DNA of 24,000 nucleotides from an archaeon (GTDB lineage: Archaea > Nanobdellota > Nanobdellia > Woesearchaeales > JBDRIN01). The stretch is taken from contig JBDRIN010000103.1 in the NCBI GenBank assembly GCA_043815805.1, forward strand, positions 1-24,000, read 5' to 3'. Of this stretch, positions 8,952 through 15,897 are shown in pieces (positions within the stretch are counted from its first letter, which is position 1; every line of letters starts with the position of its first letter). A program made the position numbers and the translations under genes. The notes under the pieces are model-generated. The model had not been told where the DNA came from, searched no databases, and worked only from the letters and a program-made list of their open reading frames with translations.

Positions 8952-9365
8952 CTATCTTTCCATTTCTGTATATTTGCCTTCTGCAGCATCTGCCATGGAC
9001 GTCAAGCCTTCTTTCAAGCTTTCAGGATCAGAAATCCTATTGTGGCTTTCCGGGCAGATGACCCATTTGCCGCCTTTTTCGCTGACAAAGATGAGATAGA
9101 GCTGGCTCATCGCTGCAAATTTCTTCCAATTGTTCAAGAGAACAAGCATGTTGGTATCATTATTCAGACAGACAAGGGTCTTCCAGGTGTACTTCTTCAC
9201 TTTAGCCAGCAAACTGACATCCAATGTCTCAGAGATCAGGTAATAATGCTTCTTATCCAGGAACTCAAACTCAATAAGGTCTTTATTGACCTCGAAAGTG
9301 ACAAGGGTCTTCTTGAAAAGATCCTTGTGCTTCACATAATCCACAGTCCATTCGATAAGGTTCAT
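8952..9365 (-). CDS. hypothetical soluble protein, 137 aa
   Basis: ATG ORF whose start overlaps the stop of the upstream membrane protein (ATGA, 9362-9365). It ends 4 nt before the MGEKK start of the transporter. I recognise no family. Confidence 0.6.
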   Translation of the reverse strand: MNLIEWTVDYVKHKDLFKKTLVTFEVNKDLIEFEFLDKKHYYLISETLDVSLLAKVKKYTWKTLVCLNNDTNMLVLLNNWKKFAAMSQLYLIFVSEKGGKWVICPESHNRISDPESLKEGLTSMADAAEGKYTEMER

Positions 9366-9859
9366 TTTTTTCTCAACGCAGCCAAGTAAACGACATAAGG
9401 TATCAAAAATGCGATAGCATAGATTATTCCGATCAACCAGGGATTATGGCTCTGAAAGCCCTCAATAGAGGACAGGCGGTTCGTGACCTCTATTATCATA
9501 ATCAAGGTTATCACAGCAGTCACAGGCATGACTATAGACGCTATCAGATGGTGCCCGAAGCTCAGTCTTTCTATGTCATGTATCAATACAGCAAATAGGC
9601 TTCCAAAAGCCAAGCCAATGATTATCAGTATTAGGCTAAGATAGGCATCGTTCAGAGTCGCTAGTAGTGGGATGACACGGACAGCGATGAAGATATTTCC
9701 CATCACTGCCAAAAGCAAAGCTATGATAAAGACTGCCTTGTCAAGAAAATAATGTGCAGGATTCTTCTTGGCCTCTGCTTTCTCAAGGATATTTATGGCA
9801 CGCTTAATGTCTTCTTCGCTCCAGCCTTTAAGCTTAAGTTTCTTGGGATTTATTTGCAT
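9362..9859 (-). CDS. hypothetical integral membrane protein, 165 aa, about 4 TM helices
   Basis: A charged N-terminal helix (KGWSEEDIKRAINILEKAEAKK) is followed by four hydrophobic segments. It is the first gene of the apparent operon ending in the CCC transporter. Confidence 0.65.
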   Translation of the reverse strand: MQINPKKLKLKGWSEEDIKRAINILEKAEAKKNPAHYFLDKAVFIIALLLAVMGNIFIAVRVIPLLATLNDAYLSLILIIIGLAFGSLFAVLIHDIERLSFGHHLIASIVMPVTAVITLIMIIEVTNRLSSIEGFQSHNPWLIGIIYAIAFLIPYVVYLAALRKK

Positions 9860-9881
9860 AATAAGAATCTGACAGTTTAGC

Positions 9882-9889
9882 TATATAAA
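9882..9889 (-). promoter_or_regulatory. TATA-box candidate (TTTATATA on the minus strand) for the 9859 operon
   Basis: Centre is about 26-27 nt upstream of the ATG at 9859. Confidence 0.45.
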
Positions 9890-9892
9890 TTT

Positions 9893-10087
9893 TTACTTTT
9901 TATCCTTATACTTAACAGAGTGCTGCTCTCCAGCAGTGCCCCAGTTCTCCTTCGGCACTTCGTGAAGCACGACAGTCACTGCTTCTGCGGGTATGTGCAT
10001 CCCTACGAAGACATCTGTTATCTTCTTTATCACTTCAGCTTTCATCTCATCGGCCAAAGGCCAAGTTTCTATTGTTATCTGTGGCAT
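9893..10087 (-). CDS. 4-oxalocrotonate tautomerase family enzyme
   Basis: 64 aa. It starts MPQITIE (catalytic Pro1 after Met removal), and the size and beta-alpha-beta pattern are typical of 4-OT. It lies 1 nt downstream of the gyrA stop. Confidence 0.85.
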   Translation of the reverse strand: MPQITIETWPLADEMKAEVIKKITDVFVGMHIPAEAVTVVLHEVPKENWGTAGEQHSVKYKDKK

Positions 10088-10088
10088 T

Positions 10089-13000
10089 TTATTCCTCCGT
10101 AACCTCTTCCTCAGGTTCTGCTTCTTCTTTGACTATCCTGGCTGTAGAGACAATCATGTCGCCAGGCTTCATCTTCATCAGCCTTACGCCCTGGGTGTTC
10201 CTTCCGATGGTAGAAATACCTGATGAAGGAGTCCTTATGATTATGCCTTGTTTTGAGATGAACATCAGTTCATCATCATCTGTGACGTCTCTTACAGCGC
10301 ATACAGGGCCGTTCCTTGCAGAAGTCTGTATGTTGATGACTCCTTTTCCGCCACGATTGATCAACCTGTACTCAGATATCCTTGTCTTCTTTCCAAAGCC
10401 GTTCTCTGTGATAGTCAAGAGCTTCCTATCATCAGCTGCAGTGACCATGCCAACGACAGCGTCGCCTTTTTTCAGGCTGATGCCGCGCACGCCCATGGAT
10501 GTCCTGCCTATAGGCCTGGCGTTTTTCTCGTCAAACTTCACAGCCATGCCATGTTTTGAAGCGAGAATCAATTGTTTTGTGCCGTCAGTCAATTTGACAT
10601 CGACAACGTCATCATCATCGTTCAAAGTGATACCTCGTATTCCGCCTTGTCTTGGTCGTGAATAGGCCTTCAGGTTGGTCTTTTTCACCAAGCCTTTCTT
10701 TGTTGCCATGACAAGATAATGCTTGTCATCGAACTCTTTTATGGGGATGACCGCCTTGACGACCTCACCAGGTTCTAGCTGGACGAGGTTGATGACCGCT
10801 TTTCCCTGACCTTGCCTTGAGGCTTCTGGTATCCTGTATACTTTAAGCCAATAGACCTGGCCCTTGTCTGTGAACACAAGCAAGTAAGAGTGAGTATTGG
10901 CGATGAACAAGTGCTCGATGAAATCTTCTTCCCTTGCCTTTGCAGCAATGACTCCTTTTCCGCCTCTTCTCTGAAGCTTATAAGTCTCAGTGGGCAATCT
11001 CTTGATATAACCTGAGTGGGTTATCGTGACAACCTGGTCTTCTGCTTCAATCAAGTCTTCGATTTCAAGGTCATCCTCTGCCTCTTCAATCTTGGTCCTT
11101 CTTTCATCGCCATATTTGGATATTATCTCTTTCATCTCCTGCTTTATCAAATTGAGGATTTTGTTCTCATCTGCAAGTATCTCTTGGAGCTTCTTGATCA
11201 GCTCAAGCAGTTCTTTGTATTCCTGCATGAGCTTTTCTGTCTCTAAGCTTGTGAGCTTCTGTAGCTTCATGTCAAGTATGGCCTGGGCCTGTTTCTCGCT
11301 GAGCTTGAAGCTGCTCATCAAGCCGTCCCTTGCGACTGCAGCGTCTTTTGATTTCTTTATGAGCTTAATAGCGGCATCTATGTTTTCGAGAGCGATCTTC
11401 AACCCTTCTAAGATATGAGCCCTCTCTTCTGCTTTCTTAAGGTCGAACTCGGTCCTTTTCCTGACGACAAGTCTTCTGTGCTTCAAGAAGACTTCCAGCA
11501 TAGGTTTCAATCCCATGACTTTAGGCTGGTTATCTACTAGAGAAAGCATCAGGATTCCAAAATTATTCCTTAATCTTGTGTGTTTAAAAAGTTGGTTTTG
11601 CAGGACCTCTACGTTGGCGCCTTTCTTCAAGGTTATTGCGATGCGCATGCCATTCCTGTCAGACTCGTCCCTCAAGTCAGAGATGCCCTCTACTTTCTTG
11701 GTCTTAACAGCGTTTGCGATCTCTTCGATGAGCATGGATTTATTCACCATGTAAGGTATCTCTTTGACTATGAGCTTCTCTTTTTCACCTTTTTTCTCCA
11801 TTTCAATGACTGATTTTACAATCGCTCTTCCTCTTCCAGAAGTATAAGCTTGAACAATGCCCTGCCTTCCTGCGATAATTCCGCCTGTCGGAAAATCTGG
11901 TCCTTTGACAATAGATAGCAGTTCTATGATATCTATCTCTGGGTTTTCGATGAGTTTGATTACGCCTTGACAGACTTCTGTTATGTTATGCGGCGGGATG
12001 TTGGTCGCCATGCCTACAGCGATACCAGAGCTGCCGTTGATTAATAGATTCGGGACTTTGCTTGGCAATACCAGAGGTTCTTGCAGGCTTTCATCGAAGT
12101 TAGGAGCAAAAGGAACAGTCTCTTTGTCTATGTCTTGGAGAAGCTCTTCTGCCATGCGAGACATTTTTGCTTCCGTATTATGATTTATGAAACCGTTTGC
12201 TATAAAAGAATGGCATTTACTATTGACTTTGACAGAGAAAACATCTTCTTTTTTCTTCAATCTGCTGATTTTTGCGACTTGATTGAACAAAAACCTGTTT
12301 TTCAGGATGAAATCAACCAATTGTTTGTCTTTTGAATCGATAATCTTAATCAGTCTTGAGTAATTTTTTTCTAGATTGTTGTATCGGTTGATATTTGTTC
12401 TCTTTAAGAAAGATTTTTTGTATTTCTTCCTAAGATATTCAGTCAAGAAAGGGATGTAATCTGTCTTGCTCATCCTATAAGGATTCATCGATTTAATGTG
12501 TGCAAGTTTTCCCTTCTTTTTTTCAGAGAAGAAATCAATCTCTTCTTTGAAGTTTTTGATAGAATCATAGCCAGAAATTATGAGCTTGTAACATCCATTC
12601 CTTGTATCTCTGTAAGGCTTGGTGGTTGCGATTCCAAAACTTAGCAAGACAGTCTTTAATTGAGTGATTAGCTTTGAACTTTTAGAATTATAGGTCAGTT
12701 CAATGCCTTTTCCTCCATGTCTTTTGTCTGTTTTGTAACCGACAGAACCATCGCCTTCAAACAAGCCGTTAAGGAAGCTTTTTATGTTGCTTTTAGTCGA
12801 CAAAAGCACAGAAAAAGGAATCTCTTTTTTATCAGATTTTACTTCAGTCAGGCCGATATTTTTTAAGAAAAGCACGATCTTTTGCTCATAGATACTTAGT
12901 TCAGTGCAATTTCCTTTTAGTTTTCTCTCATAAAGCTGAACCCCTTTAAACTGAGACTTGATGACTGACTTGACTTTGTTATAGAATATTTTATCTTGAT

Positions 13001-13862
13001 TGTTGAATAAAATATGTTTTTGGTGGAAACTTCCTTCACTCACCAAAGCACCTAAAAGAAATGCCAAAGAATCATTTATCTTGGTCGGAAGCTTAACGTT
13101 GTTCTTAAAGCCTTTTTCAGGATGATATTTCCTTAAATCCAGAGAATTTTTAGAGAACAAAGCATGTTTTCTATTGAGGATTATGATATCGTCTTTGGTT
13201 ATGTTTTCAAGGAGTTTCCATTCAATCTGCGGAAAACCATTCTTGAAAGTCCAGCCTAGGACCGGATGATTATAAGATCCTTTGATTTTATATCCTAAAG
13301 CGGTTTCCAGCTCTATGATGTTATGCTTGCCTGAGTTGAAGAATTTACTAGCAAGGTTCTTTTTGCCGTTATATGATAATATTTTCATGTTAATACGGGC
13401 TTCACTTTTGTTGGAAATATTATGAATAGGCAAAATACCTTGTTCAGTCAAAATCAATGAATCTCCTGTTATGCAATATCTCATAGCGGCTGCGTTGTCG
13501 CCGTCAACACTTCCAAAGTTACCCTGGCCCATGACTAGAGGATATCTTAATGAAAATGTTTGTGCCATCCTTACCAAAGAATCGTAGACTGCGGTGTCTC
13601 CGTGAGGATGATACTTACCAAGGACTTCTCCCACGATCCTGGCGCACTTTTTGAAAGGAGTATTGTGCTTCATACCCATGTCGTTCATAGCATATAAGAT
13701 ACGCCTATGGACTGGTTTAAGGCCGTCTTTAGCATCAGGCAATGCTCTTCCAACTATGACACTCATAGCATACTTCAGATAAGAAGTCTTCATCTCATCC
13801 TCAATGACTTGAGGTATGACCCTGTCTGTTACCGGTTTGCTATTTTTTGATTCTTCAGCCAT
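10089..13862 (-). CDS. gyrA: DNA gyrase subunit A, interrupted by an intein (824-aa extein + 433-aa intein)
   Basis: Motifs present: [30 protein letters not shown], the active site AAMRY/TEAK split by the intein, and the GyrA box QRRGGKG in the C-terminal beta-pinwheel domain. The GyrA box indicates gyrase rather than Topo IV. Confidence 0.95.
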   Translation of the reverse strand: MAEESKNSKPVTDRVIPQVIEDEMKTSYLKYAMSVIVGRALPDAKDGLKPVHRRILYAMNDMGMKHNTPFKKCARIVGEVLGKYHPHGDTAVYDSLVRMAQTFSLRYPLVMGQGNFGSVDGDNAAAMRYCITGDSLILTEQGILPIHNISNKSEARINMKILSYNGKKNLASKFFNSGKHNIIELETALGYKIKGSYNHPVLGWTFKNGFPQIEWKLLENITKDDIIILNRKHALFSKNSLDLRKYHPEKGFKNNVKLPTKINDSLAFLLGALVSEGSFHQKHILFNNQDKIFYNKVKSVIKSQFKGVQLYERKLKGNCTELSIYEQKIVLFLKNIGLTEVKSDKKEIPFSVLLSTKSNIKSFLNGLFEGDGSVGYKTDKRHGGKGIELTYNSKSSKLITQLKTVLLSFGIATTKPYRDTRNGCYKLIISGYDSIKNFKEEIDFFSEKKKGKLAHIKSMNPYRMSKTDYIPFLTEYLRKKYKKSFLKRTNINRYNNLEKNYSRLIKIIDSKDKQLVDFILKNRFLFNQVAKISRLKKKEDVFSVKVNSKCHSFIANGFINHNTEAKMSRMAEELLQDIDKETVPFAPNFDESLQEPLVLPSKVPNLLINGSSGIAVGMATNIPPHNITEVCQGVIKLIENPEIDIIELLSIVKGPDFPTGGIIAGRQGIVQAYTSGRGRAIVKSVIEMEKKGEKEKLIVKEIPYMVNKSMLIEEIANAVKTKKVEGISDLRDESDRNGMRIAITLKKGANVEVLQNQLFKHTRLRNNFGILMLSLVDNQPKVMGLKPMLEVFLKHRRLVVRKRTEFDLKKAEERAHILEGLKIALENIDAAIKLIKKSKDAAVARDGLMSSFKLSEKQAQAILDMKLQKLTSLETEKLMQEYKELLELIKKLQEILADENKILNLIKQEMKEIISKYGDERRTKIEEAEDDLEIEDLIEAEDQVVTITHSGYIKRLPTETYKLQRRGGKGVIAAKAREEDFIEHLFIANTHSYLLVFTDKGQVYWLKVYRIPEASRQGQGKAVINLVQLEPGEVVKAVIPIKEFDDKHYLVMATKKGLVKKTNLKAYSRPRQGGIRGITLNDDDDVVDVKLTDGTKQLILASKHGMAVKFDEKNARPIGRTSMGVRGISLKKGDAVVGMVTAADDRKLLTITENGFGKKTRISEYRLINRGGKGVINIQTSARNGPVCAVRDVTDDDELMFISKQGIIIRTPSSGISTIGRNTQGVRLMKMKPGDMIVSTARIVKEEAEPEEEVTEE
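12177..13475 (-). mobile_element. GyrA intein with a LAGLIDADG homing-endonuclease domain (433 aa)
   Basis: It begins [13 protein letters not shown] directly after the catalytic Tyr (codon 13476-13478) and ends [11 protein letters not shown] followed by +1 Thr (12174-12176). A block-B-like GSYNHPVL is present. Two LAGLIDADG motifs occur ([14 protein letters not shown] and [12 protein letters not shown]). The segment is visibly more AT-rich than the flanking extein DNA. Confidence 0.9.
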
Positions 13863-13982
13863 TTTCTCGTCTAAAAAAAGAGCGTTTTTTACAATAAAAC
13901 AAACACCTGCTCCTTTATAAATCTTACCATTTAGAAGGCCTTCTCAGAGTCTGTAGAGGGTGAATTTTGGGGTTTCAGCCGG

Positions 13983-14528
13983 TCATCCCGTCCCCTTCAT
14001 AACTACGCCTAGCCTTTCAAAGAGCATGGCCACATATCCTTTATGCACGATGTCTTTCTCTGCAAAGCCGAGCTTGTTCAGAAGTCCTATGATCTTTTCT
14101 TTGGCATCATTGCCGTCTTCAGAATCTAATGCGATCTCTATGTAAGTGCCCAGCTCTTCTATGTCATCAAGGCACAGCTCGAAGTCACCAAGTGTTCCTG
14201 GAATCCTTGTCTTGTGCATCGAGACTTGCTCGATAAAGCCTGTCTTTTCAAGAATGGACCTGAGCTGTTCAGAATCTTTGATCTCTGTCTCGTGCTCTAT
14301 CCAGACGCCTGCTCTGTCTGTCAAGGCCTTGAAAGTGAGGATGTTCTTTGTGGATTGCCTGATTCTAAGGATAAAGTCGCCTGGCTTTGCAACCTTAGAT
14401 ATCAAGTCTTTTCTTTTGAAGACTGCATCGTTCTGCTTTTTCGGCTCAAAGAACTCTGCGCCCATATCGACAAGCTTCTTCTTGATATCTTCCAAGCTTT
14501 CAACCTTGACTCTGGCTTCGACTTCCAT
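13983..14528 (-). CDS. CYTH-domain protein (class IV adenylate cyclase CyaB / triphosphate tunnel metalloenzyme)
   Basis: 181 aa. It begins MEVEARVKV (the CYTH ExExK signature), and the later conserved acidic/basic strands (RIRQ, IEHETEI, LDDIEELGTYIEIA) match the CyaB-like layout. Confidence 0.85.
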   Translation of the reverse strand: MEVEARVKVESLEDIKKKLVDMGAEFFEPKKQNDAVFKRKDLISKVAKPGDFILRIRQSTKNILTFKALTDRAGVWIEHETEIKDSEQLRSILEKTGFIEQVSMHKTRIPGTLGDFELCLDDIEELGTYIEIALDSEDGNDAKEKIIGLLNKLGFAEKDIVHKGYVAMLFERLGVVMKGTG

Positions 14529-14549
14529 CTTTAAAGAATATATTATTTG

Positions 14550-14558
14550 CTTTTAAAG
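14550..14558 (-). promoter_or_regulatory. TATA-box candidate (CTTTAAAAG on the minus strand) for the CYTH gene
   Basis: Centre is about 26 nt upstream of the ATG at 14528. Confidence 0.4.
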
Positions 14559-14584
14559 TCTTTGGTTAAAAGAATAAAGTAAAG

Positions 14585-14598
14585 AGAAAAATAAATAA
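14585..14598 (-). terminator. oligo-T tract (minus strand TTATTTATTTTTCT) downstream of the micro-ORF cluster
   Basis: A T-rich run follows the stop of micro-ORF d. Archaeal intrinsic termination uses oligo-T tracts. Confidence 0.3.
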
Positions 14599-14608
14599 GC
14601 CCTAAATG

Positions 14609-14680
14609 CTAATCATCGTCATCATTGTCATAAAAGTCATCATCGTCATCATCGCTGAATTGCCATTCTTTATGTTCCAT
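14609..14680 (-). CDS. micro-ORF d, 23 aa, poly-aspartate peptide MEHKEWQFSDDDDDDFYDNDDDD
   Basis: ATG at 14680 with GGGAGGT 7 nt upstream, 20 nt after the stop of micro-ORF c. Not in the track because it is shorter than 60 aa. Confidence 0.4.
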   Translation of the reverse strand: MEHKEWQFSDDDDDDFYDNDDDD

Positions 14681-14700
14681 CTTGTGTACCTCCCGAATGT

Positions 14701-14808
14701 TTACCAATCCTCACTGTCAGAGTCTTTGTATTCTTCTATCTCTTGTTCATCTATAGGATTCTCCTTGTAATTTTCCGGCTCTGGCTTTTTCATCTTTTTG
14801 CGTGCCAT
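14701..14808 (-). CDS. micro-ORF c, 35 aa, basic head and acidic tail: MARKKMKKPEPENYKENPIDEQEIEEYKDSDSEDW
   Basis: ATG at 14808 with AGAGGTGG 4 nt upstream, 26 nt after the stop of micro-ORF b. Confidence 0.45.
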   Translation of the reverse strand: MARKKMKKPEPENYKENPIDEQEIEEYKDSDSEDW

Positions 14809-14816
14809 CTTGCCAC

Positions 14817-14834
14817 CTCTTTGATCTCTTTGAT
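14817..14834. repeat. perfect 9-nt tandem duplication (ctctttgat x2) in the b-c spacer, overlapping the SD of micro-ORF c
   Basis: Direct reading: 14817-14825 and 14826-14834 are identical. Confidence 0.85.
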
Positions 14835-14954
14835 CTATTGGTATTTCGCTGCTAACACAGCAGCTTTCTTTGCTTTCTTCAGATCTTTAGCTTTTCTCTT
14901 TTCAGCATCTTTTTGCTGTATGTCTGTTTTTTGCTGTATGTCTGTTCTGTCCAT
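14835..14954 (-). CDS. micro-ORF b, 39 aa, basic peptide MDRTDIQQKTDIQQKDAEKRKAKDLKKAKKAAVLAAKYQ
   Basis: ATG at 14954 with AAGGAGAGGG 3 nt upstream. It contains an in-frame duplicated hexapeptide (TDIQQK x2). Confidence 0.45.
   Translation of the reverse strand: MDRTDIQQKTDIQQKDAEKRKAKDLKKAKKAAVLAAKYQ
14911..14946. repeat. perfect 18-nt tandem duplication (ttttgctgtatgtctgtt x2) inside micro-ORF b
   Basis: Direct reading: 14911-14928 equals 14929-14946. The length is a multiple of 3, giving the TDIQQK repeat on the minus strand. Confidence 0.9.
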
Positions 14955-14983
14955 ATTCCCTCTCCTTGAATTTATACATAAAG

Positions 14984-14998
14984 AAAAAATAAAAAAAA
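14984..14998 (-). terminator. oligo-T tracts (T8 and T6 on the minus strand) between micro-ORF a and micro-ORF b
   Basis: The minus strand reads TTTTTTTTATTTTTTC shortly after the stop of micro-ORF a. Confidence 0.35.
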
Positions 14999-15024
14999 TT
15001 ATGAAGCCAAAAATAGAACCTGGC

Positions 15025-15093
15025 TTATTTCTTTTTTGTTTTTTTTCCTGGAACCATTCCTTTCTTGTCCATTTTCTTTTTTGCTTTGGCCAT
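15025..15093 (-). CDS. micro-ORF a, 22 aa, poly-lysine peptide MAKAKKKMDKKGMVPGKKTKKK
   Basis: ATG at 15093 with AGGAGGTGA 5 nt upstream, close to full complementarity with a canonical 16S 3' end. It lies 96 nt downstream of the wHTH regulator stop on the same strand. Confidence 0.45.
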   Translation of the reverse strand: MAKAKKKMDKKGMVPGKKTKKK

Positions 15094-15189
15094 GATAATC
15101 ACCTCCTAGCGTATTCTAAATATGTGGTTGAGTCTTAGAAATTATTTACCACTATGAATTATGCTTTTCAGCACTTTTTTCGAGTCTTT

Positions 15190-15627
15190 TCAGAATCCTC
15201 TGGCCTCCATCGGCCTATGTTCCAGACCGATGTGGTTGTCTATGTCTATGGCAATCTTCTTGATGCCGTTGAGAGTCATTTCAATGTCCTTCCTGATTTC
15301 ATCTATGGTTGTGAAGAGGCTGCTCATCCTGAGTTCGTAAGCAGATCCCATCTTGACTACTAATCCTGCCTTAGTCAGTTTTTTCAGATGATATATTACA
15401 GATCCTACAGTGGGCTCTACGATACGTGCGAGTTCTTCGCTTGTCATGCCAGCTCCTTCTTTTGAAGCTTGAACAAGGGCCTTTAGGATTTTAAGGGCTG
15501 TTTTGTCCTGGTCTCGGGAGGAGATAAACCCCAGACTGTTGCAGACCCACTCAATATCCTTATCGAGTTCTTTATCTGTAGGCTCTCTTAGTTTTCTTAT
15601 GGTGTATTGTTTCAATACTTTTGCCAT
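15190..15627 (-). CDS. winged helix-turn-helix transcriptional regulator (ArsR/MarR-like, archaeal)
   Basis: The wHTH core is MTSEELARIVEPTVGSVIYHLKKLTKAGLVVKMGSAYEL. I prefer the start MAKVLKQ (15627) over the track start 15639 because the TTTAAATA box (15653-15660) is about 29 nt from 15627 but only about 17 nt from 15639. Confidence 0.7.
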   Translation of the reverse strand: MAKVLKQYTIRKLREPTDKELDKDIEWVCNSLGFISSRDQDKTALKILKALVQASKEGAGMTSEELARIVEPTVGSVIYHLKKLTKAGLVVKMGSAYELRMSSLFTTIDEIRKDIEMTLNGIKKIAIDIDNHIGLEHRPMEARGF

Positions 15628-15652
15628 TTCTAAATACATAAAGATGAACTAG

Positions 15653-15660
15653 TATTTAAA
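15653..15660 (-). promoter_or_regulatory. TATA-box candidate (TTTAAATA on the minus strand) for the wHTH regulator
   Basis: See the start-site argument for the 15190..15627 gene. Confidence 0.4.
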
Positions 15661-15737
15661 CTTTACTAAAATATTCAAGTTAAGGTTGAAATAAAGGCCA
15701 GAATCTTAATAATTAACTTAAAATTTATGGAGATTGC

Positions 15738-15896
15738 TCACTTCTCCACCTTCACGATCCTATCAGTCTTCAAACTAGAATGCACCTTGAAGCTGTAGCC
15801 GCAATAGACGCATCTCTTGACTTTAGAAGTGATTTCGCCTCCCATAGGCTGGTATTTCATCCTGTGCTTGCATCTTGGACATTGGACTATTAACAT
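15738..15896 (-). CDS. small zinc-ribbon protein, 52 aa (MLIVQCPRCKHRMKYQPMGGEITSKVKRCVYCGYSFKVHSSLKTDRIVKVEK)
   Basis: Not in the track because it is shorter than 60 aa. It has two CxxC pairs (CPRC ... CVYC). The ATG at 15896 is 1 nt after the scpB stop (TAAGATG), which suggests translational coupling. Confidence 0.65.
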   Translation of the reverse strand: MLIVQCPRCKHRMKYQPMGGEITSKVKRCVYCGYSFKVHSSLKTDRIVKVEK

Positions 15897-15897
15897 C

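Noticed and set aside
8733-9389. 218-aa plus-strand ORF
   Set aside because: It is entirely antisense to the transporter 5' end and the 137-aa gene, and has no start signals or recognisable motifs.
10072-10665. 197-aa plus-strand ORF
   Set aside because: It is antisense to the well-supported gyrA C-terminal domain and is Ser/Phe-rich low complexity.
10089-13862. Expectation of an adjacent gyrB
   Set aside because: Neither flank encodes GyrB; the flanks hold the CYTH gene and a 4-OT tautomerase. gyrA and gyrB are often unlinked, so absence from the window carries no information.
13933-13944. 12-nt perfect palindrome AGAAGGCCTTCT between the CYTH stop and the gyrA promoter
   Set aside because: It is too short to interpret and has no loop. 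It could be a terminator stem, an operator or chance, and there is no adjacent oligo-T on the minus strand.
13863-13982. TATA assignment for gyrA
   Set aside because: Two candidate boxes exist: TTTATAAA at 13914-13921, about 55 nt from the ATG, and a weaker TTTTATTGTAAAA about 30 nt away. I could not choose between a leadered and a leaderless transcript, so I did not list it as a feature.
14146-14556. 136-aa and 106-aa plus-strand ORFs over the CYTH gene
   Set aside because: They are antisense to a gene with clear CYTH motifs, and the Ser-rich low complexity is unsupported by any signal.
14911-14946. Tandem repeat considered as a possible CRISPR or mini-array
   Set aside because: There are only two directly abutting 18-nt copies with no spacers, and they lie inside a coding frame. 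This is not a CRISPR architecture.
14609-15093. Idea that the micro-ORF region is a single decayed pseudogene
   Set aside because: The four ORFs use three different frames (a and c share one but are separated by ORF b, which lies in a different frame). Each has its own ATG plus a GGAGG box at proper spacing. Oligo-T tracts separate a from b. This pattern does not look like simple frameshift decay. The pseudogene idea cannot be fully excluded without comparative data.
14743-15138. 131-aa plus-strand ORF covering the micro-ORF region
   Set aside because: It starts with TTG and has no SD or TATA box. The sequence is Phe/Leu/Cys-rich low complexity, as expected from reading Lys/Glu/Asp-rich minus-strand coding in antisense. 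All flanking genes are on the minus strand.
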